Shown here in pieces: positions 1 through 11,851 of a stretch of DNA of 64,000 bases. The translations under genes were made by a program, and so were the position numbers. The notes beneath the pieces were generated by a model. That model saw only the letters and a list, made by a program, of their open reading frames with translations, was not told the origin of the DNA and ran no database searches. Location: NCBI GenBank assembly GCA_965224245.1, contig OZ245046.1, forward strand, positions 3,104,001 to 3,168,000. The letters are read 5' to 3'. Each line of letters starts with the position of its first letter. Position 1 is the stretch's first letter. This DNA is from Candidatus Eiseniibacteriota bacterium. Its GTDB lineage: Bacteria > Eisenbacteria > RBG-16-71-46 > CAZAMP01.

Positions 1-2
1 AC

Positions 3-860
3 ATCCTCGACGGAGAGCTCGACCGCCCTGCGCTGCCGCTCGTGCCGGGCCACCAGATCGTCGGGCGCGTGCTCTCGCTCGGTCCCGGCGCCACGGGCGC
101 CGCCGTCGGCGATCGGGTCGGCGTCCCCTGGCTCGGCAGCACCTGCGGCCACTGCGAGCACTGCCGGCAGGGACGCGAGAACCTGTGCGCGAACGCCCGC
201 TTCACCGGCTACGACGTGGACGGCGGGTTCGCCGAGCGCTGCGTGGCCGACGCGCGGTTCGCGTTCGGGGTCCGGGACGATCTCCCGGCGGCAAGCGCCG
301 CACCGCTTCTGTGTGCCGGACTGATCGGGTACCGTGCGCTGCGGTTCGCCGGCGAGGACGCGAGCCATCTGGGCCTCTACGGGTTCGGCGCGGCCGCTCA
401 CATCCTCACTCAGGTGGCGCGTCACCAGGGGCGCGACGTCTACGCGTTCACGCGACCGGGGGATGATGCGGCCGGGCGTTTCGCCCGTGAGCTCGGCGCG
501 GTCTGGGCCGGTGGATCCGACGAGTCCCCGCCGCATCCGCTCGACGCTGCGATCCTGTTCGCTCCGGTCGGCGATCTGGTGCCGAGGGCGCTCCGTGCGG
601 TTCGCCCGGGAGGCCGCGTCGTCTGCGGCGGGATCCACATGAGCGACATTCCGTCGTTTCCGTACTCGATCCTGTGGGGCGAGCGCTCGATCCACTCGGT
701 CGCGAACCTGACGCGGGCCGACGGCGTGGAGCTCCTCGCGCTCGCACCCACCGTTCCCATCGAGACCACCGTTCACACGTACGCGCTCGAGGATGCCAAT
801 CGCGCGCTGGACGACCTTCGGCACGGTCGCTTCGACGGCGCCGCGGTGATCCTGCCGTGA
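3..860 (+). CDS. Zinc-dependent alcohol dehydrogenase (MDR family), 5' end outside window
   Basis: Frame open from the window edge ([18 protein letters not shown]). GHQIVG motif, structural-Zn CGHCEHC..ENLC, APLLCAG, and GLYGFGAAA Rossmann motif. Confidence 0.92.
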   Translation: MLDGELDRPALPLVPGHQIVGRVLSLGPGATGAAVGDRVGVPWLGSTCGHCEHCRQGRENLCANARFTGYDVDGGFAERCVADARFAFGVRDDLPAASAAPLLCAGLIGYRALRFAGEDASHLGLYGFGAAAHILTQVARHQGRDVYAFTRPGDDAAGRFARELGAVWAGGSDESPPHPLDAAILFAPVGDLVPRALRAVRPGGRVVCGGIHMSDIPSFPYSILWGERSIHSVANLTRADGVELLALAPTVPIETTVHTYALEDANRALDDLRHGRFDGAAVILP

Positions 861-918
861 CCACGCGCATGCCGAGACCGGGACCGCCCCGGCGCACGAG
901 CCATCGGAGGATTCACTC

Positions 919-2166
<1,248 letters not shown>

Positions 2167-2182
2167 GGCGTCCGGCGCCGCA

Positions 2183-3793
2183 TCACCCGGCCGCGTCGCT
2201 CCCTGGTCGCGTCAGCCGGGGCGCCAGCAGCAGCAGCAGCCCGATGACGAGGTACGCGGCCGCCCACGGGCCTGTCGGGCCGAGGTCCATCACGGTGTCG
2301 CCCGGCGTGAACCGGTAGGCGTGCATCAGACCCACCGCGGACAGGGCGGCGCCGCCCAGCGCCCACAGTCCCGCCTTCACGAAGTCGCGCTCGATCACGT
2401 AGACGGTGATCGTCGACCAGATCATCGCCGAGAAGATGAACCCCTGCTCGAGTGCGAAGGCCCCGTGCGCGGCCACGTCCAACCGCGCGAGGACGCCGAG
2501 GAGGTCCGCCGAGAACGGCGCATCGGGCGTTCCCATCCCGGCCGTCCGGAGGCCGTTCTTGAGCATTAGCGTTCCCCAGGCGGCGACCCCGGGCAGCATC
2601 CCCACCACGACCGCCGGTGCATGCCGCGTCGGTGTCGCCTCGAACGCCTGCGACGCGATCACGATCCCGATCCAGAGCACGATGGCCATGCCGGCCTCGA
2701 TGGGCACCGCCCACGCGACGAGGCTCAGCGTGCCGCTCAGCGCCACGATGGTGAAGAAGACCGCGTTCAGCACCGAGTAGCCGGCGCGCGCGCCGAGCGC
2801 CTTCCATCCGGGGTGGCCGATGTAGATCGTCGTCGGAAAGCACGAGCCGAACAGCCCCGCGGCCAGCGTGCCGGCGCCGTTCATGGCCAGCGACGGTCGG
2901 GTCCGGTAGCGGTCACCGGCGGCCTCGGCCGACTCGATGTTCTGGAGCGAGCCCACGACGTTGAAGAGCCCCATGGGCAGGATCACGCTGAGGTACGTGA
3001 GCCCGCCGCCGCCGCGAAAGGCCTCGACGAGATCGCCGATCACGGGAACCGGCGGGAACAGATCCGGAGACTGGACCGACACGGTCGTCGGGGCCAGCCC
3101 GAGGAGCCACGCCAGGATCACGCCCAGCGCCACCGCGACCAGCCCACCGGGAAGGTTGCCCCGGAATCGCACGCGCCCGAAGTACGTGATGAGCACGATG
3201 CCGAGCGTGGCGAAGCCCACGATCGGGTGCGCGAACGTCCGGAACAGGAACCCGAGCGAGATGAAGCCGAGGGCGATGCCCGACAGCGTCGAGAGCAACG
3301 CGGCGCGCGGTGCGACGCGACGCAGCCTCTCGGCGACGAACGCGCCCCCGAACTCGATCGCCCCCGAACCGAGCGTCGCCACGAGCCCGGCCTGCCAGGC
3401 CACGCGGGCCGGATCGGCGGCGCCCGCGCTCTCGGCGGCCAGCTTGGCCGGCAGCATGACCAGGAAGACGTGTGCGAACAACGAGACGGTGTTGATGCCG
3501 TACGGCAGCGCACACGCGTCGGATCGCCCTTCGGCCCGGCCCAGGCGCACGGCCTGGCGCGCGTAGTAGAGGTTCCCGACCAGGAGCGAGATGGCGACGC
3601 CGGGCAGCACGCGGCCGTACAGCAGCGCGCCGTCGAACCCGAGGACGGTCCGGCAGAGAACGTCGATCAGGAGCAGCTGGACCAGGTTGTCCAGCGCCAG
3701 CCCGAAGAAGCCGTCCACGTCCCCTCGGACGAACCACCCCATCGGGCGGGCGGACGACCCTCGAGGAACGCGCGGTGGTTCAGACCTCATCAC
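2183..3793 (-). CDS. NCS2/AzgA-like nucleobase permease
   Basis: GDVDGFFGLALDNL, ALPYGINT, NIESAEAAGD and PTTIYIGHPGWKALGAR motifs with many TM segments. Start may be 3742. Confidence 0.85.
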   Translation of the reverse strand: MMRSEPPRVPRGSSARPMGWFVRGDVDGFFGLALDNLVQLLLIDVLCRTVLGFDGALLYGRVLPGVAISLLVGNLYYARQAVRLGRAEGRSDACALPYGINTVSLFAHVFLVMLPAKLAAESAGAADPARVAWQAGLVATLGSGAIEFGGAFVAERLRRVAPRAALLSTLSGIALGFISLGFLFRTFAHPIVGFATLGIVLITYFGRVRFRGNLPGGLVAVALGVILAWLLGLAPTTVSVQSPDLFPPVPVIGDLVEAFRGGGGLTYLSVILPMGLFNVVGSLQNIESAEAAGDRYRTRPSLAMNGAGTLAAGLFGSCFPTTIYIGHPGWKALGARAGYSVLNAVFFTIVALSGTLSLVAWAVPIEAGMAIVLWIGIVIASQAFEATPTRHAPAVVVGMLPGVAAWGTLMLKNGLRTAGMGTPDAPFSADLLGVLARLDVAAHGAFALEQGFIFSAMIWSTITVYVIERDFVKAGLWALGGAALSAVGLMHAYRFTPGDTVMDLGPTGPWAAAYLVIGLLLLLAPRLTRPGSDAAG

Positions 3794-3829
3794 GGCTCGA
3801 CCCGGCAGCTCGACTGGACGAGGCGCCCG

Positions 3830-4612
3830 CTAGCGGTACAGCGCCTTCACGCTGCCCCAGGACGTGGTCTCGACCGGTACGGCGTCGTTGAAGTCCAGAT
3901 CGACGTTCTCCACGACCTCACCCTCGGTGAGCGTGATCGTCGTGGGCGACTTGCACGTCGGATCTCCATGGCAGATCCGGAGCGAGCCGCTCATCGTGTT
4001 CCCGTCGGCACTCACGCAGTAGGTTCCCGCATAGACGCCGTTGATCGCGTAGGGACCGCCCGCGAGCAGATAGGTGCCGGGACGGAACCCCTCCATCATG
4101 CACGCGAGATCGGACGAGACGTCCACGCGCGCCTCGACCTGTTCGAAGACGAAGGTGATCGTGCCGCGAATCTCCCCTCGCGGCAGCGAGAAGTCGAGCC
4201 CGGACTGCGACGACGCCGACGAGACGGCCGCCGGCATCATGCCCTCACCGTACCACCCGAACACGTCCGCTCCGCCGACGTCGTCGAGGCCGCCGCCGTC
4301 CACATCCAGGAACGACGCGATCAGGAGCTCGGCGCTGGCGCCGGAGTTGTCGAAGTCGAGCGAGTAGGCATGACTGAACGGAGGCGGATCCGCCGCGATC
4401 GCCGCGACGTCGAGAAGGGTCACGTCCTCGACGCCGACGGTATCGAGGACGGCCACGTACAGCGTGTCGCCGGCGTGCGCCCCGGTGTACGAGATCGTGC
4501 CGGAGAACGTCACCGGGTCCGCCGTGACCGCGGACGGAAGCGGCACGAGCCCGACGACCAAAAGGAACAGGATGACGGCCACCGCGGCCCTCGCCCGGAT
4601 CGATCCACGCAT
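3830..4612 (-). CDS. Secreted protein with carboxypeptidase-regulatory-like beta-sandwich domains and a C-terminal SWGxxKxxYR tail
   Basis: ATG at 4612 with GGAGG RBS, signal peptide MRGSIRARAAVAVILFLLVVGLVPLPSAVTA, ends VPVETTSWGSVKALYR*. The longer track ORF (to 5593) overlaps the next gene. Confidence 0.75.
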   Translation of the reverse strand: MRGSIRARAAVAVILFLLVVGLVPLPSAVTADPVTFSGTISYTGAHAGDTLYVAVLDTVGVEDVTLLDVAAIAADPPPFSHAYSLDFDNSGASAELLIASFLDVDGGGLDDVGGADVFGWYGEGMMPAAVSSASSQSGLDFSLPRGEIRGTITFVFEQVEARVDVSSDLACMMEGFRPGTYLLAGGPYAINGVYAGTYCVSADGNTMSGSLRICHGDPTCKSPTTITLTEGEVVENVDLDFNDAVPVETTSWGSVKALYR

Positions 4613-4734
4613 CGCGCCCTCCGTGAAGCGGGTTGGTCGTGACCGCGTCCTGCGATCGCGCGCCATCCTATCCCCATTCCGATGAGCAGACAACCGACGC
4701 GAGGGTCGCCCCGAGCCGGTGGAGATCGACGGCG

Positions 4735-5430
4735 TCAACCCAGCCGGAATCGATGGGCGATCATCCGGGCCGCCTCGTCGTGCGACATCCGCGCCGTGTT
4801 GAGGACGCAGTCGTACGTCAGCACGTCCTCGATGTCGGTGCCGAAGTGCTCGCGCACGTACGCCGCCCGGTCCTTGTCCACACGCCTCAGGTGCTCCTCG
4901 GCTCTCCGATCGTCGAGTCGATGCAGCGCCTTGATGCGCTCGAGCCGGGTGTCGTGATCCGCCACCAGCCGGACGTGGAAGCCGCCGGTGAGCTGTCGCG
5001 TGAGCAGGTTGGCGCCGCGCCCCAGGAGGACGGCGTTGCCCAGCTGTCCGAGAGTCAGGATGGTCTCGTTGGTCTTCTGGACCAGCTCGAACGACGAGGG
5101 ATGCCGTCCGAGCACGGTCTGAACGGTCTCCTGAAACGCGCGGATCCCCGCCTCGGTCATGTAGCGGGACAGCTCCTGGGGTAGGTTGTGCTTCTCCAGG
5201 ACCGCATCGACGAGCGAGCGATCGAAGAGCGTCCACGGCACGTCGTCGCGCTCCGCGTTCAGGAGATCCACGACGCGCTGACCGACGGACGTGCCACCGG
5301 CCCCCGCCTGTCGCGAGATCGTCACGAAGCGTGGGTGGTCGGCGCCGCGTCGGCGCGAGGGGCGAGTGGGTGAGATGGCCTGGGCGGCCAGATAGGCGTT
5401 CACGGCCGTCAGGGTGCGTTCGGGCGTCAT
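4735..5430 (-). CDS. Cytidylate kinase-like family protein
   Basis: VTISRQAGAGG P-loop-like start, AVLLGRGA, HVRLVA, DKDRAAY and YDCVLNT. GGAGG RBS. Confidence 0.85.
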   Translation of the reverse strand: MTPERTLTAVNAYLAAQAISPTRPSRRRGADHPRFVTISRQAGAGGTSVGQRVVDLLNAERDDVPWTLFDRSLVDAVLEKHNLPQELSRYMTEAGIRAFQETVQTVLGRHPSSFELVQKTNETILTLGQLGNAVLLGRGANLLTRQLTGGFHVRLVADHDTRLERIKALHRLDDRRAEEHLRRVDKDRAAYVREHFGTDIEDVLTYDCVLNTARMSHDEAARMIAHRFRLG

Positions 5431-5691
5431 GGGACACCTCCGGTCCTCGGGTCATGGAAGCCGGTTCGGCTCCAATACCGTCCACCCGACGCCGCGACGC
5501 GCGCCCGCTCCGCCTTCCGGGGACGGACTCGAGGTCGGGCGGCACATCTTCATTATCCGCCGAACTCGACGCCAGGACCAGCGCCGAACGCACTCACGCG
5601 TCCGGCGAAACCGGGCACTTGCACTCGGCGAGCGAACGTCGGAGACTTCGAGCGTTCGACAGGTAGTCCCAACCCCGCCGAGGAGACCCTC

Positions 5692-6474
5692 ATGCTGACC
5701 GTCGTCACGTCGCTCGCCGTTCTGCTCCTGGCCCTGGCATCGACCGCTCCGGCCGCGGTCGTGCACGAGGTCGTCACGTACGAGCACGACGGCGTGACCT
5801 TCGAAGGGTACGCGGCGTGGGACGACGCGCTCACCGGGCCGCGCCCCGGCGTCCTCATCGTCCACCAGTGGCTGGGACTCACCGACAACGAGCGCATGCG
5901 GGCCGACATGCTCGCCGCGATGGGCTACGTGGCGTTCGCCGTCGACGTCTACGGGCGCGGCGTCCGACCGGCCGACGCGGCGGAGGCGTCGGCCGAGGCC
6001 GGAAAGTACTACGGTGACCGCGCTCTGTTCCGGTCCCGGATCGCCGCCGGGCTGGCCAGGCTGAAGGGCCGTCCCGACGTGGACGGATCGCGCGTGGCCG
6101 CGATCGGTTACTGCTTCGGGGGCGGGGGCGCCCTCGAGCTGGCACGCTCGGGAGCCGACATCGTCGGCGTCGTCAGCTTTCACGGGAGCCTCGACACGCC
6201 GCTTCCCGCCCGGGAGGGCGACATCCGGGCGAAGCTCCTGGTATGTCACGGCGCGGCCGACCCGTATGTGAAGCCCGAGGCCGTGCGCGGGTTCATCGAC
6301 GAGATGGAGGCGGCCGAGGTCGACTACCAGCTCATCATGTACTCGGGTGCGGTTCACTCGTTCACGCAGAAGGCCGCCGGCGACGACCCGTCGAAGGGCG
6401 CGGCCTACGACGCCGCCGCCGATCGCCGATCGTGGCAGGCCATGCAGACCTTCTTCGCCGAGGTCTTCGAGTAG
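5692..6474 (+). CDS. Dienelactone hydrolase family protein, probably exported
   Basis: Signal peptide; IGYCFGG nucleophile Cys, HGAADP and AVHSFT triad motifs; GAGGAG RBS. Confidence 0.9.
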   Translation: MLTVVTSLAVLLLALASTAPAAVVHEVVTYEHDGVTFEGYAAWDDALTGPRPGVLIVHQWLGLTDNERMRADMLAAMGYVAFAVDVYGRGVRPADAAEASAEAGKYYGDRALFRSRIAAGLARLKGRPDVDGSRVAAIGYCFGGGGALELARSGADIVGVVSFHGSLDTPLPAREGDIRAKLLVCHGAADPYVKPEAVRGFIDEMEAAEVDYQLIMYSGAVHSFTQKAAGDDPSKGAAYDAAADRRSWQAMQTFFAEVFE

Positions 6475-6514
6475 ACCCGTCACGGCGTCGGTCCGGTGCG
6501 CGTGAGGAGGAGCC

Positions 6515-7468
6515 TTGGCCACGGACGAGACGGCCCGCCTGGAGGGCCTTCGGAAGTACCGGATCCTCGACACCGACCCCGAGCAGGCGTTCGACGATCT
6601 CACCCTGCTCGCCTCGCAGATCTGCGGGTGCCCGATCGCGCTGATCAGCCTCGTGGACGAGGATCGACAGTGGTTCAAGTCGCGCGTGGGAATCGAGGCG
6701 CACGAGACCACGAGAAGCGTGTCCCTCTGCGCGCACGCCATCCGGCAAACCGGCCTCTTCGTCGTGCCCGACACGCGCTTCGACGAGCGCTTCCGGGACA
6801 ACCCACTGGTCGTCGGAGAGCCCTACCTGCGCTTCTACGCCGGCGCGCCGCTGGTGACCCGCGACGGCGACGCGATCGGCACGCTGTGCGTCATCGATCG
6901 CCGGCCGCGGCACCTCACCAACGATCAGCTCGAAGCGCTCAGCGCGCTCCGCCGACAGACGCAGGCGCAGCTCGAGCTGCGTCGGAATCTGGCCGAGCTG
7001 CGTCTCGCGCTGACCGGCATCGAGCGACTGGAGGGCCTGGTGCCGCTCTGCTCCACATGCGAGCTCGACATCGTGATCCCCGCCGACGTGGACGCCATCC
7101 CGTCGATCAGTGACGGGCTGAGCGAGCTCCTGCTCAGCAAGGGATGGGCCGACGACGACGTGCGTCAGGTCGAGCTCGCCACTCAGGAGGCGCTGTCGAA
7201 CGCGATCAAGCACGGCTGCAAGGGCGACGTGACGAAGAGCGTGCAGTGCCTCGTGACGCTCGACGCCGGCGGAGAGGTCGTCATCGTGGTCCGCGACCCG
7301 GGGGCCGGATTCGACCCGACCCGGGTACCCGATCCGCGCACGCCGGACAACGTGACGAAGCCCGGCGGACGCGGGGTGTTCCTGATCAACCGGCTGATGG
7401 ACACGGTGGAGTTCACCGACGAGGGCCGACAGGTGTCGATGCGAAAGCGACGCGATCGGTCGTCCTGA
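6515..7468 (+). CDS. GAF domain fused to an RsbW-like anti-sigma serine kinase (HATPase_c)
   Basis: N-terminal YRILDT..FDDLT..LISLVDEDRQWFKS..RFYAGAPL GAF signature. C-terminal EALSNAIKHG, VRDPGAGFD and GGRGVFLI motifs. TTG start with GAGGAGG RBS. Confidence 0.88.
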   Translation: MATDETARLEGLRKYRILDTDPEQAFDDLTLLASQICGCPIALISLVDEDRQWFKSRVGIEAHETTRSVSLCAHAIRQTGLFVVPDTRFDERFRDNPLVVGEPYLRFYAGAPLVTRDGDAIGTLCVIDRRPRHLTNDQLEALSALRRQTQAQLELRRNLAELRLALTGIERLEGLVPLCSTCELDIVIPADVDAIPSISDGLSELLLSKGWADDDVRQVELATQEALSNAIKHGCKGDVTKSVQCLVTLDAGGEVVIVVRDPGAGFDPTRVPDPRTPDNVTKPGGRGVFLINRLMDTVEFTDEGRQVSMRKRRDRSS

Positions 7469-7544
7469 CCCGCGACGTGCACCCGGGTCCGGACACGCCG
7501 ATCACCTCGGCCGCTGACGCGCCCGCCCTCGGGAAGCGGCTGGC

Positions 7545-10157
7545 TCAGTCCCCACCCGGCTCGATCGCGAGGCGGGCGCGCACCTCCGCCGTGATGCCGT
7601 GGGTCGGTCCGAAGACCCGCTCGGCGATCGCCAGCGCGCGCGTGAAGCAGGCGACCGCGGCCGGCTCATGCCCGCCGGCGCGCTCGATCTGGCCGAGCAC
7701 GTCCAGCTGCCAGATCGTCGTCCGGTTCTCCAGCCCGAGCGAATCCAGAATCGCCAGCCCGCGCTCCGAGAGCTCCCGCGCGCGGTCGACCCCGCCCCTC
7801 GCCAGCGTGAGCTCCGAGATCGCGGTGAGTGCCTGCGCCACGCGCTCGTGCCGATCTCCGTACGCCACCCTGTAGATCCCGAGCGCGCGTTCCGCCAGGG
7901 TCAGGGCGCGCGTCGTATCACCGGCGGCGGCCTCGAGCATCGACAGGTTTCTCACCGCAACCCCGACCTCGGGGTGATCGGGCCCCAGCGTCGCCTCGAG
8001 CCGCTGCACGACACGAGCCTGGATCTCGCGCGCGCCCGCGAGATCGCCGGCCTGATTCAGCGCGCCGGCCTCCGCGGCCAGCACCTGAATCGTGCGTAGG
8101 TGATCGGGGCCGTACTCGCGGCTGAAGATCCGATGCGCGTCGCGAAGGTACGTGAGCGCGGTCTCCGGCTCCCGGAGGTGAAGGTGGAGACCGCCCAGGT
8201 TGAACACGGTCGACCCGAGCTCTGCGTGATCCGGCCCGTAGGCCGCGGTCTTGATGGCGAGCGCTCGCTCGAACGCGGCCCGGCTCGAGTCCAGCTCCCC
8301 GATGGCTCTCAGCCCGAGCCCGATGTTGGTCAGGCTCTGTGCGACCTCGGGGGCGTCGGGCGCGAAGGCCCGCTCGCGAATCGCGAGCGCTTCGCGGTGT
8401 GCCTCGAGGGCCGCCCGGGGATCGCCGGCGGCCCCCAGCATGGACGCGTAGTTGTTCAGTGCCACCGCGAGGTTGTGATCGCTCTCGCCGGGCGTCTCGC
8501 GCTTCAGCCGGAGGCCGGCCTCGTGCAGGCGCCGGGACTCCGCGTAGAGCCCGAGTCCCGCATACGTGTCACCGAGCGTCCCGAGAAGCCGGGATCGGAC
8601 GAGCGGCTGGTCGGCCAGCTCCGTGTCGACACGCTCGACCGCACGATCCAGAACCTCGCGCGCGGTCAGCGGCGCCGCCTCGGCGTGCTCGGGGTTCGAC
8701 ACGCGAAACAGCGTCATCATGAACTCCGACACCTCGTCGGCGGCCTCGGCCTCGGCCTGCGCGATGGCTTCCGCCTCCGTCGCCCGCGCGAGATTCCGCT
8801 GTGAGCGACGGTAGAGAACGCTCATCGAGACCGCGAACGCAGCCAGTGACACGAGCAGAACCACCCCGGTGGCGACCGGAACGACGTTCCGGGCGGCAAA
8901 CCGGCGAGCACGATAGCCGAGCGTCGCGGACCGCGCGAGCACCGCGAGCCCCCGGCGATGGCGCGACACGTCCGCTCGAAGTTCGTGCACCGATGCGTAT
9001 CGATCCTCGGGATCGGTGTGCATGGCCTTTCTCACGATCGCGTCGAGGTCTCCGCGAAGTCGGCGCGCGAGACGACGTGGCGTCGTGTCACGTGCCCGCG
9101 CGATCCCCTCGCCACGCGGGTCGGCGGCGTTCACGGTCGCGCTCGGGGTCGGCGGATCCTCCTCCGCCGCCGGCGCCGCGACATCGGACGCGCGCGCGCC
9201 GTCGCCTCTCGGGGGGCATCCGGCCAGGAGCTCGAACAGGAGCGCTCCGAGCGAGTAGACGTCGGTCGCGGTCGTCGTGGGTCGGCCGCGGACCTGCTCG
9301 GGCGACGCGTAGGCCGGTGTGAGGAAGCCGCGCGTGGCCGCGTGAGCCCGCGACGAGGCCGGGTCGGGCGACGACGAGAACGAGTCGGGGGATGATGGGG
9401 GGCCCGACCCGGCGGCCTCGGATTCATCCTCGGCAGTCCAGGTCTCGGGCGCCAGGATCTTCGAGACGCCGAAGTCGAGGAGCTTGACCGTGCCGTCGTG
9501 CGTGACGAGCACGTTCCCCGGCTTGAGGTCCCGGTGGATGACGAGATTCCGATGGGCGTGGGAGACCCCGGCACACACCGCGTCGAACAGCGCGAGCCGG
9601 GCGTCCACGTCGAGACGACGGGCGTCGGCGTACTCGGTGATGGGACGTCCCTCCACGTACTCCATGACGAAGTACGGGGCACCGTCGGCCGTGGAGCCGC
9701 CATCGTACAGCGATGCGATGTTCGGGTGACGAAGACGGGCGAGAATCTGCCGTTCGTGCCGGAACCGGAGGTGAACGGCGTCTCCGCCGCGTCCGGCGCG
9801 GATGATCTTCAGCGCGACGCGCTGCTCGAACTCACCGTCGGCGCGCTCCGCGAGGTAGACCTCGCCCATCCCGCCACGGCCCAGACGTTCGAGAACCCGA
9901 TAGGGCCCGATGCGAAGGCCTGGATGGGCGCCGGCCGGGTCCTCGTCGGTCGCTAGGACGGGACTGGCCAGGCTCTCCAGCGAGCGATCGAGCACCCCCT
10001 CGTCGGCGCCGGCGGCGAGGAGGGCCTGCACGTCGTCTCGAAGCTCGGCATCCTCGCCGGCGAGCGCGCGGAGCGCCGACGACCTCTCCTCCGGTGGGCG
10101 CTCCAGCAGCTCGTCGAGGATCCGTTCGATGCGCGCCCAGCGCTCCCGCGACGTCAT
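7545..10157 (-). CDS. Membrane Ser/Thr protein kinase with extracytoplasmic TPR repeats
   Basis: GRGGMGEVY, VALK, HRDLKPGN, DFG and YASPEQ motifs, one TM helix, then TPR_10/12-like repeats (GPDHP..). ATG at 10157 overlaps the sigma stop (ATGA). Confidence 0.92.
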   Translation of the reverse strand: MTSRERWARIERILDELLERPPEERSSALRALAGEDAELRDDVQALLAAGADEGVLDRSLESLASPVLATDEDPAGAHPGLRIGPYRVLERLGRGGMGEVYLAERADGEFEQRVALKIIRAGRGGDAVHLRFRHERQILARLRHPNIASLYDGGSTADGAPYFVMEYVEGRPITEYADARRLDVDARLALFDAVCAGVSHAHRNLVIHRDLKPGNVLVTHDGTVKLLDFGVSKILAPETWTAEDESEAAGSGPPSSPDSFSSSPDPASSRAHAATRGFLTPAYASPEQVRGRPTTTATDVYSLGALLFELLAGCPPRGDGARASDVAAPAAEEDPPTPSATVNAADPRGEGIARARDTTPRRLARRLRGDLDAIVRKAMHTDPEDRYASVHELRADVSRHRRGLAVLARSATLGYRARRFAARNVVPVATGVVLLVSLAAFAVSMSVLYRRSQRNLARATEAEAIAQAEAEAADEVSEFMMTLFRVSNPEHAEAAPLTAREVLDRAVERVDTELADQPLVRSRLLGTLGDTYAGLGLYAESRRLHEAGLRLKRETPGESDHNLAVALNNYASMLGAAGDPRAALEAHREALAIRERAFAPDAPEVAQSLTNIGLGLRAIGELDSSRAAFERALAIKTAAYGPDHAELGSTVFNLGGLHLHLREPETALTYLRDAHRIFSREYGPDHLRTIQVLAAEAGALNQAGDLAGAREIQARVVQRLEATLGPDHPEVGVAVRNLSMLEAAAGDTTRALTLAERALGIYRVAYGDRHERVAQALTAISELTLARGGVDRARELSERGLAILDSLGLENRTTIWQLDVLGQIERAGGHEPAAVACFTRALAIAERVFGPTHGITAEVRARLAIEPGGD

Positions 10158-10720
10158 GACCTGCTCAGCTCGCGGTGGAGAAACGCGCGCGCCTTGAACC
10201 AGTCTCGCTCGACGGTCCGGACCCCCACCTCGAGCACCTCGGCCGTCTCGTCCACCGTGAGCCCCCCGAAGAACCTCAGCTCCACGACCCGGGCCAGTCG
10301 CTCGCTCACGTCGGCGAGCCGTCCCAGCGCCGCATCGAGCTCCAGCACACGCAGCACGTCCAGGTCCTCCGGAGTGCCCACGTCCCCCGGACCCTCGATC
10401 GGCATCGGGTCCACGCCGGCACCCCGCTTCTGCGCGTGCTTGCGCCGTGCCGCATCCACCAAAACACATCGCATCGCACGCGCGGCGACCGCCATGAAAT
10501 GAACCCGGTCGTTCACGGAGAGCGAGCGCCCGGCCAGGCGGAGATAGGCCTCGTTGACCATTGCGGTGGTGCTCAGGGTGGCCTCGGGCTGGCTGCGCAG
10601 ACTCGAGCGCGCGGCGCGGCGGAGATCGTCGTAGACGATCTCGAAGAGGCGGCTCCACGCCTCGTGCCGCCCCTCCCGGATCCCGTCCAGGAGCTGTCGG
10701 GTCTCGTCCGTGCTCGGCAT
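10154..10720 (-). CDS. ECF sigma factor, kinase-associated ECF43/TIGR02999 type
   Basis: VYDDLRRAA, TLSTTAMVNEAYLRL, HFMAVAARAMR..LVDAAR, VELRFFGGL and TVERDW..ARAFL motifs; coupled to the kinase. Confidence 0.9.
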   Translation of the reverse strand: MPSTDETRQLLDGIREGRHEAWSRLFEIVYDDLRRAARSSLRSQPEATLSTTAMVNEAYLRLAGRSLSVNDRVHFMAVAARAMRCVLVDAARRKHAQKRGAGVDPMPIEGPGDVGTPEDLDVLRVLELDAALGRLADVSERLARVVELRFFGGLTVDETAEVLEVGVRTVERDWFKARAFLHRELSRS

Positions 10721-10966
10721 TCGGCTGCCCCCGGAAGGGTCGGTCGCGGCGGGTCGCAATCCTCCGAGGGTATCAGAAACCCTGGCGGGTTCCGGCGCCC
10801 GATCGCGATGTCCATCGGTAGAGCGTGTTGCCTGCAGCGCACGCGGTCTCCCGGTAGGTCGCGGTGATCTCGCCCGCCAGCCGTGACCGACGAGGGCCGG
10901 TTCCTGACTCCTCGTCACGTCGCTACCGACTCGACCGTGTCTGCGTGAAAACGAGGAAGGAAGCGG

Positions 10967-11851
10967 ATGGACGGTAACCACGACATCGGCGTGCGAACGG
11001 TCACGACGATCCTGCTGGTCGGAGTCACGCTCTGCCTGGCTCCTGCCGGCGCGTCGTCACGAGAGGCCTCTGGACGCGTCATCACCCGCTGGGACGCCGG
11101 ATGTAGCGGCGGGACCCGGCTCTGGTGGGACGACATGGTTCGGGAGTGGTACGACGCGATCAGCGACGGGTCCGTGATCTTCGGCCACGGCTCCCAGGCG
11201 TACGGTCGGGCAGGGCTGAAGGTGAACGGCACCATCGTCGACAGCGATTTCGTCGACGCCAACGCGGTGTGGTGGGGCAACGACGGCGGCTCCGGTCGGC
11301 CCGACGCGGTCGACGCATTCATGCTGGGCATGCACGGGGTCGAGCAGTCTCCGACCCAGCGCTGGATGGGCCGCGTACGGGTCGACGAGCCCGGCTGGGG
11401 CAACTGCAATGCCTATCAGGCGGCGATGCAGTTCGGGGACGGCGATCTGGAGTTTCTCCACCTGTCGTCCTGCCTCAGCATGGATCGCGAGGACTGGTGG
11501 AGCGACTGGAGCCGCTCGTTCGACGGCGCGCACCAGATCGACGGCTTTCACGGGTTGATGTGGATCGGTTCGGGTCTCGTGGATGACTACGGCGACTTCG
11601 CCGACGACGCATTCTGGGTCAGCATGTCGAGCGCGTGGATCGACAACATGTACCGGCCCGAGGTCAGCGGATCGTTCGATCAGTGCCCGGTCGCTCGCAA
11701 CGTCGGCGTCACCTCGGGCGATGCCTCGCTCCGCATGAGCTACGAGCGCTACAACCTCGTCTTCCCCGATCCGCCGGGTCTGGGCCAGAGCCGGCGACAT
11801 CGGGTGCGATACGTCAGCGGCTGCGATCCACAGGCAAAGGGGCCACTATGA
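10967..11851 (+). CDS. Secreted DUF6345-like protein (putative clan CD His/Cys hydrolase)
   Basis: Signal peptide; DAFMLGMHG, FGDGDLEFLHLSSCLSM and W..SFDGAHQIDGFHG resemble DUF6345; GAGGAAGG RBS. Confidence 0.65.
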   Translation: MDGNHDIGVRTVTTILLVGVTLCLAPAGASSREASGRVITRWDAGCSGGTRLWWDDMVREWYDAISDGSVIFGHGSQAYGRAGLKVNGTIVDSDFVDANAVWWGNDGGSGRPDAVDAFMLGMHGVEQSPTQRWMGRVRVDEPGWGNCNAYQAAMQFGDGDLEFLHLSSCLSMDREDWWSDWSRSFDGAHQIDGFHGLMWIGSGLVDDYGDFADDAFWVSMSSAWIDNMYRPEVSGSFDQCPVARNVGVTSGDASLRMSYERYNLVFPDPPGLGQSRRHRVRYVSGCDPQAKGPL

